Assembly: GCA_965223345.1 (NCBI GenBank)
Contig: CBDCWG010000001.1
Location: 1 to 64,000 of the forward strand
Length of the DNA: 64,000 nt
Direction: 5' to 3'
Source: Nitrospinales bacterium
GTDB taxonomy: Bacteria; Nitrospinota; Nitrospinia; Nitrospinales; VA-1
In this document: piece by piece, positions 29,592-38,648 of the stretch
Layout: each line of letters begins with the position of its first letter
How positions within the stretch are numbered: the stretch's first letter is position 1
Position numbers and translations under genes: made by a program
The notes under the pieces: model-generated
Told to the model about the DNA's origin: nothing
Seen by the model: the letters and a program-made list of their open reading frames with translations, nothing else
Database searches by the model: none

Positions 29592-30716
29592 CTAGTTTTT
29601 GAGTGGTGTCACCGTGGTGGTGATCACTTTGGTCTTCACCGCGTGATGTGCCGGAACCGACTTGAGAATGATCGCCCCCGAGGCGACCTGAACGTCCTCG
29701 CCCAACTCCAGATAGGGTTCGATAAAGATACCCGTTCCCATGCGAACGCGATCGCCGATTTTGACCTTTGCCGAGGTCACACAGTTGGGGCCGGTGGAAA
29801 TATTCGATCCGATTTCAGAGTGGTGGTCGAAGGAATTGTAGGCGGATAAAAAATTGTTGTCTCCGATCACCGTTCCGGTGCCGATGTGGCAGAAAGCGCA
29901 AAGCACATTGCCCTTTCCCATTGTGACATCACTTCCTATTTTGCAGGTCGGGTCGATGGCATTGGCCAGGGGAATCCCCAGGTCCGCGCAAAGTTTTTGA
30001 TATTTGACCCGCGCCGGAATCGAGGTGCTGATGGACACAATGGCGCTATCGAACTGTTTGTTTTGCAAAAGCGTTTCCAGGTTGGAGGTGCCGCCCGTTA
30101 CCGGCAGGCCATAGATCGTCTGTCCCCATTTTTGCGGATCGTCGTCCACCAGTGCGACCACCTGGCGTGAAGAAATTCCACCCAGAATATCGAGAATCTG
30201 CGAGGCGCCCATACCCGCGCCGATCAGGATGATTCTCTCTTCCACCCCATTTGCCGCAGCGAGAGGAGAGGGCAGGTTCTGGGAGTCCGCACGGCGCAAC
30301 CGGTGTATTGCTTTTTCGACTTCGCTTTGTGTGATCAGCTCTCCCTGGTAGAGCGGAGCCAAATCGATTCCATGCTGCAGCGCCAGGGCTTCGGCTTTTG
30401 CCGTGGCTCGGTAGGCTTTTTCCTTCGCCGATTTTTCGCCTTTTCCATTGCCGAGTGAGCGCTCATACTCAGAGAGCGCCGCCGCGTTGGTAAACTGAAA
30501 TCCCAAGGGAGTGTCCACCGGCACTTCCATTCCCGTTTGCCCGCCTTGGAGAAGAAATCCTTCTTCGGGCGCGGAGACCTCGAAGACCGCCTTGCTGGTT
30601 TCAATGTCCGCGATGTGTTGTCCGGCTGCTACCTGAGACCGGTTGTCCACATGCCAGGCAGCGATGATGAAGGTATCACTGTTCACATCCGTGGTCGGAG
30701 CAAACACTGGTTTCAT
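29592..30716 (-). CDS. Lipoyl domain + peripheral-subunit-binding-like domain + PglD/NeuD-type left-handed beta-helix acyltransferase fusion
   Basis: IETSKA lipoyl motif (Lys42); ATAKAEALALQHGIDL...ELITQSEVE PSBD-like segment; IILIGAG...LVDDD PglD N-domain; hexapeptide repeats with DHH. Confidence 0.85.
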   Translation of the reverse strand: MKPVFAPTTDVNSDTFIIAAWHVDNRSQVAAGQHIADIETSKAVFEVSAPEEGFLLQGGQTGMEVPVDTPLGFQFTNAAALSEYERSLGNGKGEKSAKEKAYRATAKAEALALQHGIDLAPLYQGELITQSEVEKAIHRLRRADSQNLPSPLAAANGVEERIILIGAGMGASQILDILGGISSRQVVALVDDDPQKWGQTIYGLPVTGGTSNLETLLQNKQFDSAIVSISTSIPARVKYQKLCADLGIPLANAIDPTCKIGSDVTMGKGNVLCAFCHIGTGTVIGDNNFLSAYNSFDHHSEIGSNISTGPNCVTSAKVKIGDRVRMGTGIFIEPYLELGEDVQVASGAIILKSVPAHHAVKTKVITTTVTPLKN

Positions 30717-31723
30717 CAGGCGACCTCACGCAAAGCATTTTCGATTTTTGTCGCGTTCATCAAGACTTCCTTCTCCTGCTGTTTGGCGGAAGGAATGATC
30801 TCTTTCTCGCTCGCAAGAACCCGCACCGGTTCCCGCAGAGTCTGAAAGCACTCCCGGCTGATGACGGCCGCCGCTTCCGTTCCCCAGGACCAGCCACCGG
30901 TTCCCTCCTCCACCGTGATCAGACGGCCCGTGCGGTTGACCGAACGAATCACCGGAGCCCAATCCACCGGAGCGATTTGCGCGGGAACCAGAAGATGGAT
31001 GAATATCTCCTCCTCGATGGCAAGCTTTTGAACCAGTGCTTCCACCAGACAGGCTTGATAGCCGTATGCCAATACGGTGATCGAGCAGTCTCCGGGTGAA
31101 ACCGCGGAGATCCCAAGCGTCGGGAGAAATCCTTCCGACCCCTCTAATTGTGCGTAGGAATCTTCCAGGCGCCCCTGCTCCGGAAACCGCAAGTGCTGGG
31201 GGTAGAGAAGCTTGTGTTCGATATAGAGCACCGGATCTTCAGACCGGAGAAAATCCTCAAACAGCATTTTAGGATCGTGGAAAAGGGAAGCCGCAGCGAC
31301 CCGCAAGTGGGGCACGCCGAAAAAATGCTTTTCCAGGCTCTGGCTGTGCGTGGGGCCGTAGGCGCGGCCGCCACCGGAAGGCGTCCGCAGGATGACCGGG
31401 CAGGACGCGGCGCCGTTGTACATGGCGCGGTATTTGCTGATGTGGTTGGCGATCTGATCGAAACACAGAGTGAGAAAATCCCCGAACATGATCTCGGCAA
31501 TGGGACGCATCCCTGCGAGCGCCAGACCTGCCGAAACTCCCGCAATGGCCCCTTCACTGATAGGGGTGGTGAACACGCGCTGAGGAAAGGCCGTGCTCAA
31601 GCCGCGCGACACCTTGAACGCTCCCCCGTAGGGATCTTGAATGTCTTCACCCAGCAGGACCACACTGGGATCGGTTTCCAGGCAATGTTTCAGCGTATCA
31701 CCCAGGGCTCTGGAGAAAATCAT
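30716..31723 (-). CDS. 2-oxoacid/acetoin dehydrogenase-type E1 beta subunit
   Basis: LGEDI..PYGGAFK, TPISE, EIMFGDF, GPTHSQS, IEHK motifs; TGATG coupling to the downstream gene. Confidence 0.92.
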   Translation of the reverse strand: MIFSRALGDTLKHCLETDPSVVLLGEDIQDPYGGAFKVSRGLSTAFPQRVFTTPISEGAIAGVSAGLALAGMRPIAEIMFGDFLTLCFDQIANHISKYRAMYNGAASCPVILRTPSGGGRAYGPTHSQSLEKHFFGVPHLRVAAASLFHDPKMLFEDFLRSEDPVLYIEHKLLYPQHLRFPEQGRLEDSYAQLEGSEGFLPTLGISAVSPGDCSITVLAYGYQACLVEALVQKLAIEEEIFIHLLVPAQIAPVDWAPVIRSVNRTGRLITVEEGTGGWSWGTEAAAVISRECFQTLREPVRVLASEKEIIPSAKQQEKEVLMNATKIENALREVA

Positions 31724-32673
31724 TACAGCGACCTCACTGCTTCCACAATCTCATCCAACGCGAAGTCCACCTCTACTTGTATTTTGAGCCGGGTTTCCAT
31801 ATCGACCCGGTTTGCATGCACCACCAGAGGTTCCAGGGCCCGATGCTTTTTCACTTCCTCCTCGGGCCGGTTGTCGTCGTTTTTTGAGTGGTGACATAAA
31901 CGGTAAGTATGGAGTATCAATGCCCGCGGCATCTGATCCTGGCGCACCGCCTGGATTTCTTCGTCTGCGATTCGCTCTATCTCCAGCACATCCGTTCCGC
32001 TGTATTCGCGCACGGGAATGTCGAATGCGGAAAACCGGGCGGCCATGTCCCCCGCCAGATTGAGCTGCAACGGAGTGCTCTGCGCCCATTGGTTGTTTTC
32101 CAATACCAGAAACAAGGGGAGCTTCCAGAGTGAGGCGATATTGAGGGATTCATAAACCACGCCTTCCCCAAGAGTTCCATCGCCAATGAACACCGTGCTG
32201 ATGCCTCCGGTCTGTTTGAGCTTGTGAGACAGTGCGATGCCGGCAGCAGTGGGAACGATGCCTCCCTGGATGCCGTTCGATTTGAACATCGAGGTGCCAA
32301 TGTGTTGGCTGCCGCCCAGCCCGCCACAAACCCCTTCTCGCTTGCCCATGATTTCCGCAAGCAGGCCGTAAGCGTCCCCGGTTCGAGCCAGGTAATGACC
32401 GTGGCAACGGTGATTGCTGAAGATGTGATCGTGAGACTGCAAATGTTCCATGATGCCCACCGCATCGGCTTCCTGACCGATATAGGCATGGGTGGTTCCG
32501 TTCAAAACCCCTTCTTCAAAAAGAGAGAGCAGTCTTTCTTCGAACCGGCGGATAAAATACATGCGCCGGTGAAGCCGGGCGTTTTTTCCTTCGTCCACAA
32601 AACCCATAAAATGCGGATCGGGTTGCTGACGGAGAAAGACGGTTTGTTGTTCTTGGGTGGGTATCAAGGTCAT
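31723..32673 (-). CDS. 2-oxoacid/acetoin dehydrogenase-type E1 alpha subunit (ThDP-binding)
   Basis: IRRFEE, H.YIGQEA, NHRCHGH, GGSQH, GDG...ENN ThDP motif, TYRL.HHS; TAATG coupling to E1 beta. Confidence 0.92.
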   Translation of the reverse strand: MTLIPTQEQQTVFLRQQPDPHFMGFVDEGKNARLHRRMYFIRRFEERLLSLFEEGVLNGTTHAYIGQEADAVGIMEHLQSHDHIFSNHRCHGHYLARTGDAYGLLAEIMGKREGVCGGLGGSQHIGTSMFKSNGIQGGIVPTAAGIALSHKLKQTGGISTVFIGDGTLGEGVVYESLNIASLWKLPLFLVLENNQWAQSTPLQLNLAGDMAARFSAFDIPVREYSGTDVLEIERIADEEIQAVRQDQMPRALILHTYRLCHHSKNDDNRPEEEVKKHRALEPLVVHANRVDMETRLKIQVEVDFALDEIVEAVRSL

Positions 32674-32906
32674 GAATTCGGAAGGCTGAATGCAAAATTT
32701 TCGGAATGATGATAACCGATTTATCTCTGCGAATCCATTGATTTTTTATGAGAACCCAACGACCGCTTAAGAAAAGATGCAGATAGATAAATTATGTGTA
32801 TTTGATATGCGGATAAGAGCGGGATTTCAGGAGGCGGCTCTCTGCCGTAGAAAGAGGCAAAGGCGAGTGATTTTGCTCCGCAACTCTCTAATCCGGGTGG
32901 TGTTTA

Positions 32907-34097
32907 TCAGGCATTGGCCTTGTGGTCCAAGTATTTTTCCGCAATCCGTACGAGAGTTTTTGCGTAATTTCCCCAGGTGTAGCGCTGCGCCACCTGGAAC
33001 GCTTTGTGTCCCATCGATTCGGCGAGTTTGGGAGACTCAAACAGTTGCCGGATGCAGCCGATCATCGCTTCCTTGTCGCCGATCGGTGGATGAAAGCCGC
33101 TCACCCCATTTTCGAACAACTCCGCAGCACCGGAGCCTGCGGGAATGACGCCGGGACAGCCGCAACCCGCCGCTTCCAGGGTCTGCATGCCAAACGCCTC
33201 GTGCACGGGATGCACGTGCACATAGGCCTGCGACGCCAGCTCCCTAATCTGCTTTTCGTCCAGGGGGCCGAGAAGTTCAACCCTTTTCTCAAGACCCCGT
33301 TTGCGCACCTCGCTCTGAAATTGTTCCTTAAGGGATTCCGGGTGCCAGAACCCCCCGATCGTCAGAATCACATCGTTTTGTTTGATTCCCTGCAGGATAT
33401 CGAGAAAGATATCCGGCACGTTGCCGATGTCCCAGCGGTCGAAAGTGAGGATCATGCGCCGGCGTTCGGCAAAGGGTGGCAGCGTCTCCAGGGGAAAACA
33501 GCCTGGAGCCAGAATTTCCAGAGGCTTGTCCGTCAGTTTTGCCAGGTGGGGGTGATGGAAACGGCCGCTGGTGATGACCGCCTTGCATTTTTTCAGGGCG
33601 TAGCGGTCCAGGCCCATCGCCGCCAGGTACAAAAACGGAAACTTCCAGCCGAAGCGATCCTTGTAAATTTTTTTCGCCGTGTAGGTGGAGGGGTCCCATA
33701 TCAGAAACAGGAAGGGGATCTTTCTGCGTTTCAGGAGGTTGCGGGCGCCAAAGGTGGTGTACTGGCAACAGGCGACGATGATGTCGAATTCCTTGGGTTG
33801 CACGCTTTTGTGCGAAAACAGGCCGCTCACGATGTGATGCAGTGAGAAAAACGACATCCCCGGAAATTTGAAATTCAACCGCTGCAGAAGCTTCGGGAAC
33901 CTGGAAAACAGATAACGGATTTTGATATTGCCGAGATGCGACCGGTAGTGGTCGGGATGCCGCTGCCAGTGATCCTTCTGGATGATGACCAGTGCTTCCG
34001 CGTCCACACCCAGCTCGGCGAGCTTGCGTATGGGCCAGCCGATGAGTTTCGGAGTGCTTCCCGGAGCCAGTTCGTCGATCAGAAAACCGATTTTCAA
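32907..34097 (-). CDS. GT4 glycosyltransferase
   Basis: EAFGMQTLEAAGCG motif and C-terminal YTW; TTG start. Confidence 0.88.
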   Translation of the reverse strand: MKIGFLIDELAPGSTPKLIGWPIRKLAELGVDAEALVIIQKDHWQRHPDHYRSHLGNIKIRYLFSRFPKLLQRLNFKFPGMSFFSLHHIVSGLFSHKSVQPKEFDIIVACCQYTTFGARNLLKRRKIPFLFLIWDPSTYTAKKIYKDRFGWKFPFLYLAAMGLDRYALKKCKAVITSGRFHHPHLAKLTDKPLEILAPGCFPLETLPPFAERRRMILTFDRWDIGNVPDIFLDILQGIKQNDVILTIGGFWHPESLKEQFQSEVRKRGLEKRVELLGPLDEKQIRELASQAYVHVHPVHEAFGMQTLEAAGCGCPGVIPAGSGAAELFENGVSGFHPPIGDKEAMIGCIRQLFESPKLAESMGHKAFQVAQRYTWGNYAKTLVRIAEKYLDHKANA

Positions 34098-34156
34098 AAG
34101 GATTTCCTCAACAAGTGTTTACAGGGAGCCTCGCCATTGGGGGTGGCGGCGGAAAA

Positions 34157-35779
34157 TCATCCCTGTTTTTTGGTCAGGTAATACGGTCCGAGGGCCAGCG
34201 AATCCATGCCACAGGAATGAAACGTGGCCAGAGCCATCCGGGGACTGCAGGCGATCGGTTGCCCCATCACATTGAGGGACGTGTTCAGCAGCACGGGCAC
34301 GCCGGTGATCTTATCAAACTCCTGGATAAGCCGATGGTATTTCTCATTGGTTTGCGCGCAGACGGTTTGAATGCGGGCGGTGCCGTCCACATGCGTCACC
34401 GCCGGAATGACAGATTTTTTCGCTTCCTTCACATTGAAAGTCACGGTCATGTAGGGGGAGGGAACCGTGTTTTCAAAAAAATCCTCAGCCCGTTCGGCCA
34501 GCACCGAAGGCGTGAACGGGCGGAACTGCTCGCGAAACTTCACCAGCCGGTTGATTTTGTCCTTCATGCCGTCGTCACGCGGGTCGGCGAGGATGCTGCG
34601 GTTGCCCAGAGCACGGGGACCGAATTCCATCTCTCCCTGAAACCAGCCCACGATCTTTCCCGCCGCCAGGTCTTTCGCTGCACGCACTTCGACCGATTCC
34701 GGCTTTTCATACGTGGCGTGGCAATCTTCAAGTATCTGCAGGATTTCTGCGTCCGTGTAGGCGGGACCCAGGTAGCCGTGTTCCAGAGTGCGGGGAACAA
34801 TTTTATGTTTTGTGCTTTCAAGCAGAGCGCAGCCGATAGACAAGCCCGCATCCGAGACGTGCGGCGGTACGAACAACTCGTCCAACAGGCCGGATTCGCG
34901 GATTTTCTGATTCATCGAGCAGTTCAGCGAAACCCCGCCCGCCAGGCACAGGCGGCGGATACCCGTTTGCTTCACCAGCTTCTCGATGAGGTGCAGGACC
35001 ACGTCCTCAAGCGCTTTCTGGCCGCTCGCAGCAACATCCATGTGGTATTCGGTGACGGGTTCATCCGCGAGCCGGGCGTTTTCCGGCAAAGTCAGGTTTC
35101 CCGAAAACAGGCGCTCCTGCTTGGAAGGGGCTGGACGGTCAGGATCCTCAAAGGATTGCAGATGCTCGGCATTCAAATGATAGGTTGTGCCATTGGTGCA
35201 AAGCACACCGCTCAAATCATACTTTGGCGAGCCGTAGGACGACAGGCCCATGACCTTGTATTCGTCGCTGTCCTTTTGAAACCCCAGGTACTGAGTCAGG
35301 ATCGAGTAAAAAATGCCCAGCGAGTTGGGTTTGCGAATCCGGTAGATTTCTTCGATTTCCTGTCCCCGCCCGATGGCGGCGAATGTGCTCACCCGGTCGC
35401 CGGAAAAATCCATCGTCAGGATAAGCGCCGGTTCCCGGCCCCAAACGAAATAAGTGGACGCCGCATGGGCCGTATGGTGATCGCAAAGCACCACCGGGGG
35501 GGCGTATCCGAAGTGGAACTCGAGATAGTCGGTCAAAATGGCATTGAAATCCTTGTAAGTTTTACCAGGGAAAGAAACGCTTTGCACATCCTTGAGGGTG
35601 ATGCCTGCCTTTTTCAGGCAAAACTTGATGGCGTTTTTAGGCAAAAGCCCCGAAGCGTGTTTGATGCCGATGAGCCGTTCTTCTTCCACAGCAGCCACGA
35701 TGCGCCCGTCTTTGACGAGTGCTGCGGCTCCATCCTGGTTTCCGGGCAGGATGCCCCCGCTGATTCCTAAGAAATACAT
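34157..35779 (-). CDS. O-carbamoyltransferase (NodU/CmcH/TobZ family)
   Basis: EEERL, HHTAHAAS, YKVMGLSSYG, EFGPRALGNRS, FRPF, HVDGTARIQ, LLNTSLN motifs. Confidence 0.95.
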   Translation of the reverse strand: MYFLGISGGILPGNQDGAAALVKDGRIVAAVEEERLIGIKHASGLLPKNAIKFCLKKAGITLKDVQSVSFPGKTYKDFNAILTDYLEFHFGYAPPVVLCDHHTAHAASTYFVWGREPALILTMDFSGDRVSTFAAIGRGQEIEEIYRIRKPNSLGIFYSILTQYLGFQKDSDEYKVMGLSSYGSPKYDLSGVLCTNGTTYHLNAEHLQSFEDPDRPAPSKQERLFSGNLTLPENARLADEPVTEYHMDVAASGQKALEDVVLHLIEKLVKQTGIRRLCLAGGVSLNCSMNQKIRESGLLDELFVPPHVSDAGLSIGCALLESTKHKIVPRTLEHGYLGPAYTDAEILQILEDCHATYEKPESVEVRAAKDLAAGKIVGWFQGEMEFGPRALGNRSILADPRDDGMKDKINRLVKFREQFRPFTPSVLAERAEDFFENTVPSPYMTVTFNVKEAKKSVIPAVTHVDGTARIQTVCAQTNEKYHRLIQEFDKITGVPVLLNTSLNVMGQPIACSPRMALATFHSCGMDSLALGPYYLTKKQG

Positions 35780-35808
35780 ATTCCGTTCTTTTTATTATGC
35801 TTTTTTAG

Positions 35809-36837
35809 TTATGCTTTGAAAGCGGGTTTTGTTGGCTTGGCGCCACCGCCGAGAAAGCTTTTACTCAAATAATTGCGCCCCGCCGGGGTGAACAGCGTGA
35901 GCCGGGTGTACGTCGCCAGTTGAATGAAATTCAGCAGCGGGTGGTACAGCCAGTAAACCGTCCGATCGCGAAACGCCAGCCAGATCGCATGCGCGCCGGA
36001 GAAAAGGGGGATGCCCGCATACAGGATCCACAACAGAAATCGCCGGAAAAACTGCTTGCCGAAGGCCCAGCGCATGTTGCGCGTTTCCCGGTGGCTGAGG
36101 AAGTGATTGCTGTAGTTTCGCTTCAGCTTGCCCATCCATTCCTGAAGCGACATCACATGATGGTGCGTGATGTTCAGCGCCGGAAAATAGGCCACCTGGT
36201 TGTGGTTGGCCTCGATCATGCTCTGAAAGATATCGTTGTCGCCGATGAACCCTTCCGACTGGAAATACGGTTTCACATAGGCAAACCTCAGGACCAGACC
36301 GTTGGCGCCCCACACCAGCGGGCGTTCCGGCAGCACCCGGAACAGTTTCCCCTCTTTGTTCCCCGATCGTATGGGCGTGCCTGAGGAATAATAATACTCC
36401 AGGTTCTTGTTGGTGAAAAAGGACAGCGGCTCGCTTTGAATCAACGCGAAATATTTGTTGATCGGTTTGTCCTCTTCGCCCGAGACCTGCCGTCCCCACA
36501 ACGCCGCAAGCTCCGGCTGCGCTTCGAAACACCCGTTGACCGTCGCAAACCAGTCCGCACCCACCAGCTCGTTGTCCGCCGCGAACATGACCACCAGATC
36601 CCCCGTCGCCCTTTCCCCGAACAGGCCGAAGGCGAAATGCGCCGACCGCTTCGGATTGTTCAAAAAGGTCGCCGGATAGCTGCGGGCGATCGATTCGGTC
36701 TTATCGGAGGAACCGCCGTCCACCACCAGAACCTCGATCTTGTCCGCGGGATATTCCTGGCTGAATATGCTCTTGAGGCAGGCATCCAGCCATTTTTCCG
36801 CGTTGAAAGTGGGGATGAATACCGAAAATGTGTTCAC
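35809..36837 (-). CDS. GT2 glycosyltransferase (related to 28513-29544)
   Basis: IPTFN, VDGGSSD, AADN, THHH motifs. Confidence 0.88.
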   Translation of the reverse strand: MNTFSVFIPTFNAEKWLDACLKSIFSQEYPADKIEVLVVDGGSSDKTESIARSYPATFLNNPKRSAHFAFGLFGERATGDLVVMFAADNELVGADWFATVNGCFEAQPELAALWGRQVSGEEDKPINKYFALIQSEPLSFFTNKNLEYYYSSGTPIRSGNKEGKLFRVLPERPLVWGANGLVLRFAYVKPYFQSEGFIGDNDIFQSMIEANHNQVAYFPALNITHHHVMSLQEWMGKLKRNYSNHFLSHRETRNMRWAFGKQFFRRFLLWILYAGIPLFSGAHAIWLAFRDRTVYWLYHPLLNFIQLATYTRLTLFTPAGRNYLSKSFLGGGAKPTKPAFKA

Positions 36838-36855
36838 ATCACAGGTATGGGAAAA

Positions 36856-37521
36856 TTAAAAAACAGTGGCGGAGCTCTGTTTGACGATTTTCGCCGGAAC
36901 CCCGGCAACCGTCACTCCGTCGGGGACGTCTTCGATCAGAACCGAGCCCGCCGCCACGACCACGTTGGCGCCGATGCGGATGTCGGGAATGATGCGGGCC
37001 CCGACGCCGATGAACGTGTTGTCGCCCACCCGCGCGTTGGAGGTGAAATTGACCCCCGGCCCGACATACACGTTGTCGCCCAGCTGCGTTTCGTGCTCGA
37101 TGGTGGCGTTGGAATACACCACCACGTTGTTGCCGATTTTCGCGTGCGCGTTGACGACGACCCCCGGATTCAGCACCACCCCTTCACCCAAAGAGGCGAA
37201 GCCGCTCACGTACGCCGTCGGATGCACCAGCGTCGGCACGGAAAGCCCGAGTGCCTTCAACCGCTGGAAGAGCTCCGCCCGCAGCCCCATATAGCGGTTG
37301 GAGATGCCGATGGCGGCGCAGGAAACCCCATGCTCTGCGATGCAGGACTTAAGATCCGCAAGAGGGCCGAGCACCGGATATCCCATGAGCTCGGTGCCCT
37401 TCAGTTCAGGATCGTCGTCGAGAAACCCCGCGATTTTGAGATCCAAAGACGGAGATTCCTGCAGCATGGCCGCCAGCACTTTGGCATGCTGACGGGCGCC
37501 CAGAATCAGAAGGCGTTTCAT
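36856..37521 (-). CDS. PglD/NeuD-family sugar N/O-acetyltransferase
   Basis: LLILGA..HA, GFLDD, hexapeptide repeats, EHE catalytic motif, C-terminal VAGVPAK. Confidence 0.92.
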   Translation of the reverse strand: MKRLLILGARQHAKVLAAMLQESPSLDLKIAGFLDDDPELKGTELMGYPVLGPLADLKSCIAEHGVSCAAIGISNRYMGLRAELFQRLKALGLSVPTLVHPTAYVSGFASLGEGVVLNPGVVVNAHAKIGNNVVVYSNATIEHETQLGDNVYVGPGVNFTSNARVGDNTFIGVGARIIPDIRIGANVVVAAGSVLIEDVPDGVTVAGVPAKIVKQSSATVF

Positions 37522-37589
37522 GGCACCCGTTCTACCTATAGAATTTTACTCAAACAGAATTCGTGTTCACACACGCAAAAAGCGTGCGT

Positions 37590-38648
37590 TCATTTTCGGA
37601 TCGGATCGAGCTCGGCTTTTTCTTTTCCGGAAGCGGTGTGCAGAGCGTGGTTGCTGTGAATTTCCGTTTCGATGGCCTTCATCACCTGCACCACCTCATA
37701 GCCGCTGTACCCGTCGGTCAGGGGTTTCGTTCGCTCGTGCACACAATGAATGAAATGGGAGCACATCTCTTTCAGCGGCTCGTACAGATCCAGCATGGGC
37801 GAGATGATGTCCCCGTCGCGCAGTTGCAATTGGAAATCGCCGAAGTCGTCGGTTTCCGCGGCCACACCGATGCCTTTCTTGAACAGCCGCACGCGCTCGA
37901 AATTATCCAGATCGTTGAACACCGACCGCGCCTGGCTGCCGACGACCCGGATCGTCCGTTCCTTGTTGGAATCTTCCCAGCTCACGTGGACATTGGCGAT
38001 GACATTGTCCGGATAGATCAAATTGATGAACGCCACGTCCTCCTTGCCCGGTTTGAGGTGACAGGCGCCGATGGCGCTCACTTTGACCGGTGTGGTACCG
38101 AGAAAATGATTGAATATGGAAACATCGTGCGGCGCCAGGTCCCAGATGGCGTTGATATCGTCGCGGATCAGTCCCAGGTGCGTGCGTGTGGCGTTCATGT
38201 AGTAGATCTGGCCCAGCACGCCTTCGTCGATGAATTGCTTGATCTTGCGGATACCGGGATTGTACAGAAACGTGTGCCCCACCATGAGAATCTTGTCCTG
38301 CTTGTCCGCCAACCGGCACAATTCCAGCGACTCCTCGGGTTCCAGCGTCAGGGGTTTTTCCGACAGAACGTCTTTCCCGGCTTCCAGGCAGGCTTTGACG
38401 ATCGAATAGTGCGTCGTCGAAGGCGTCGCCACCACCACCGCCTGGACCGTGGGATCGGCGATGACCTCTTCATGATTTTGCGTGAGGCGGACGAACGGCA
38501 GGTATTTCACCTTGGCGAGGTTTTCTTCTTTCAGGTCGCAGCACCAGGCGACCTCGCAGGCGTCCATCGCATTGAAAATTCTCAGGTAATTGGGGCCCCA
38601 GTGACCCAGGCCCAGGATGGCGATTTTGATGGGGGCTTTAAGCGTCAT
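37590..38648 (-). CDS. Gfo/Idh/MocA-family oxidoreductase (WlbA-like sugar dehydrogenase)
   Basis: GLGHWG, ATP...H, EKP, VGH, WDLAPHD motifs; ATG at 38648. Confidence 0.9.
   Translation of the reverse strand: MTLKAPIKIAILGLGHWGPNYLRIFNAMDACEVAWCCDLKEENLAKVKYLPFVRLTQNHEEVIADPTVQAVVVATPSTTHYSIVKACLEAGKDVLSEKPLTLEPEESLELCRLADKQDKILMVGHTFLYNPGIRKIKQFIDEGVLGQIYYMNATRTHLGLIRDDINAIWDLAPHDVSIFNHFLGTTPVKVSAIGACHLKPGKEDVAFINLIYPDNVIANVHVSWEDSNKERTIRVVGSQARSVFNDLDNFERVRLFKKGIGVAAETDDFGDFQLQLRDGDIISPMLDLYEPLKEMCSHFIHCVHERTKPLTDGYSGYEVVQVMKAIETEIHSNHALHTASGKEKAELDPIRK

Noticed and set aside
30716..32673. Housekeeping pyruvate dehydrogenase pdhAB
   Set aside because: No canonical E2 core or E3 adjacent, and the genes sit inside a glycan operon coupled to a sugar acyltransferase fusion, so gene symbols were withheld
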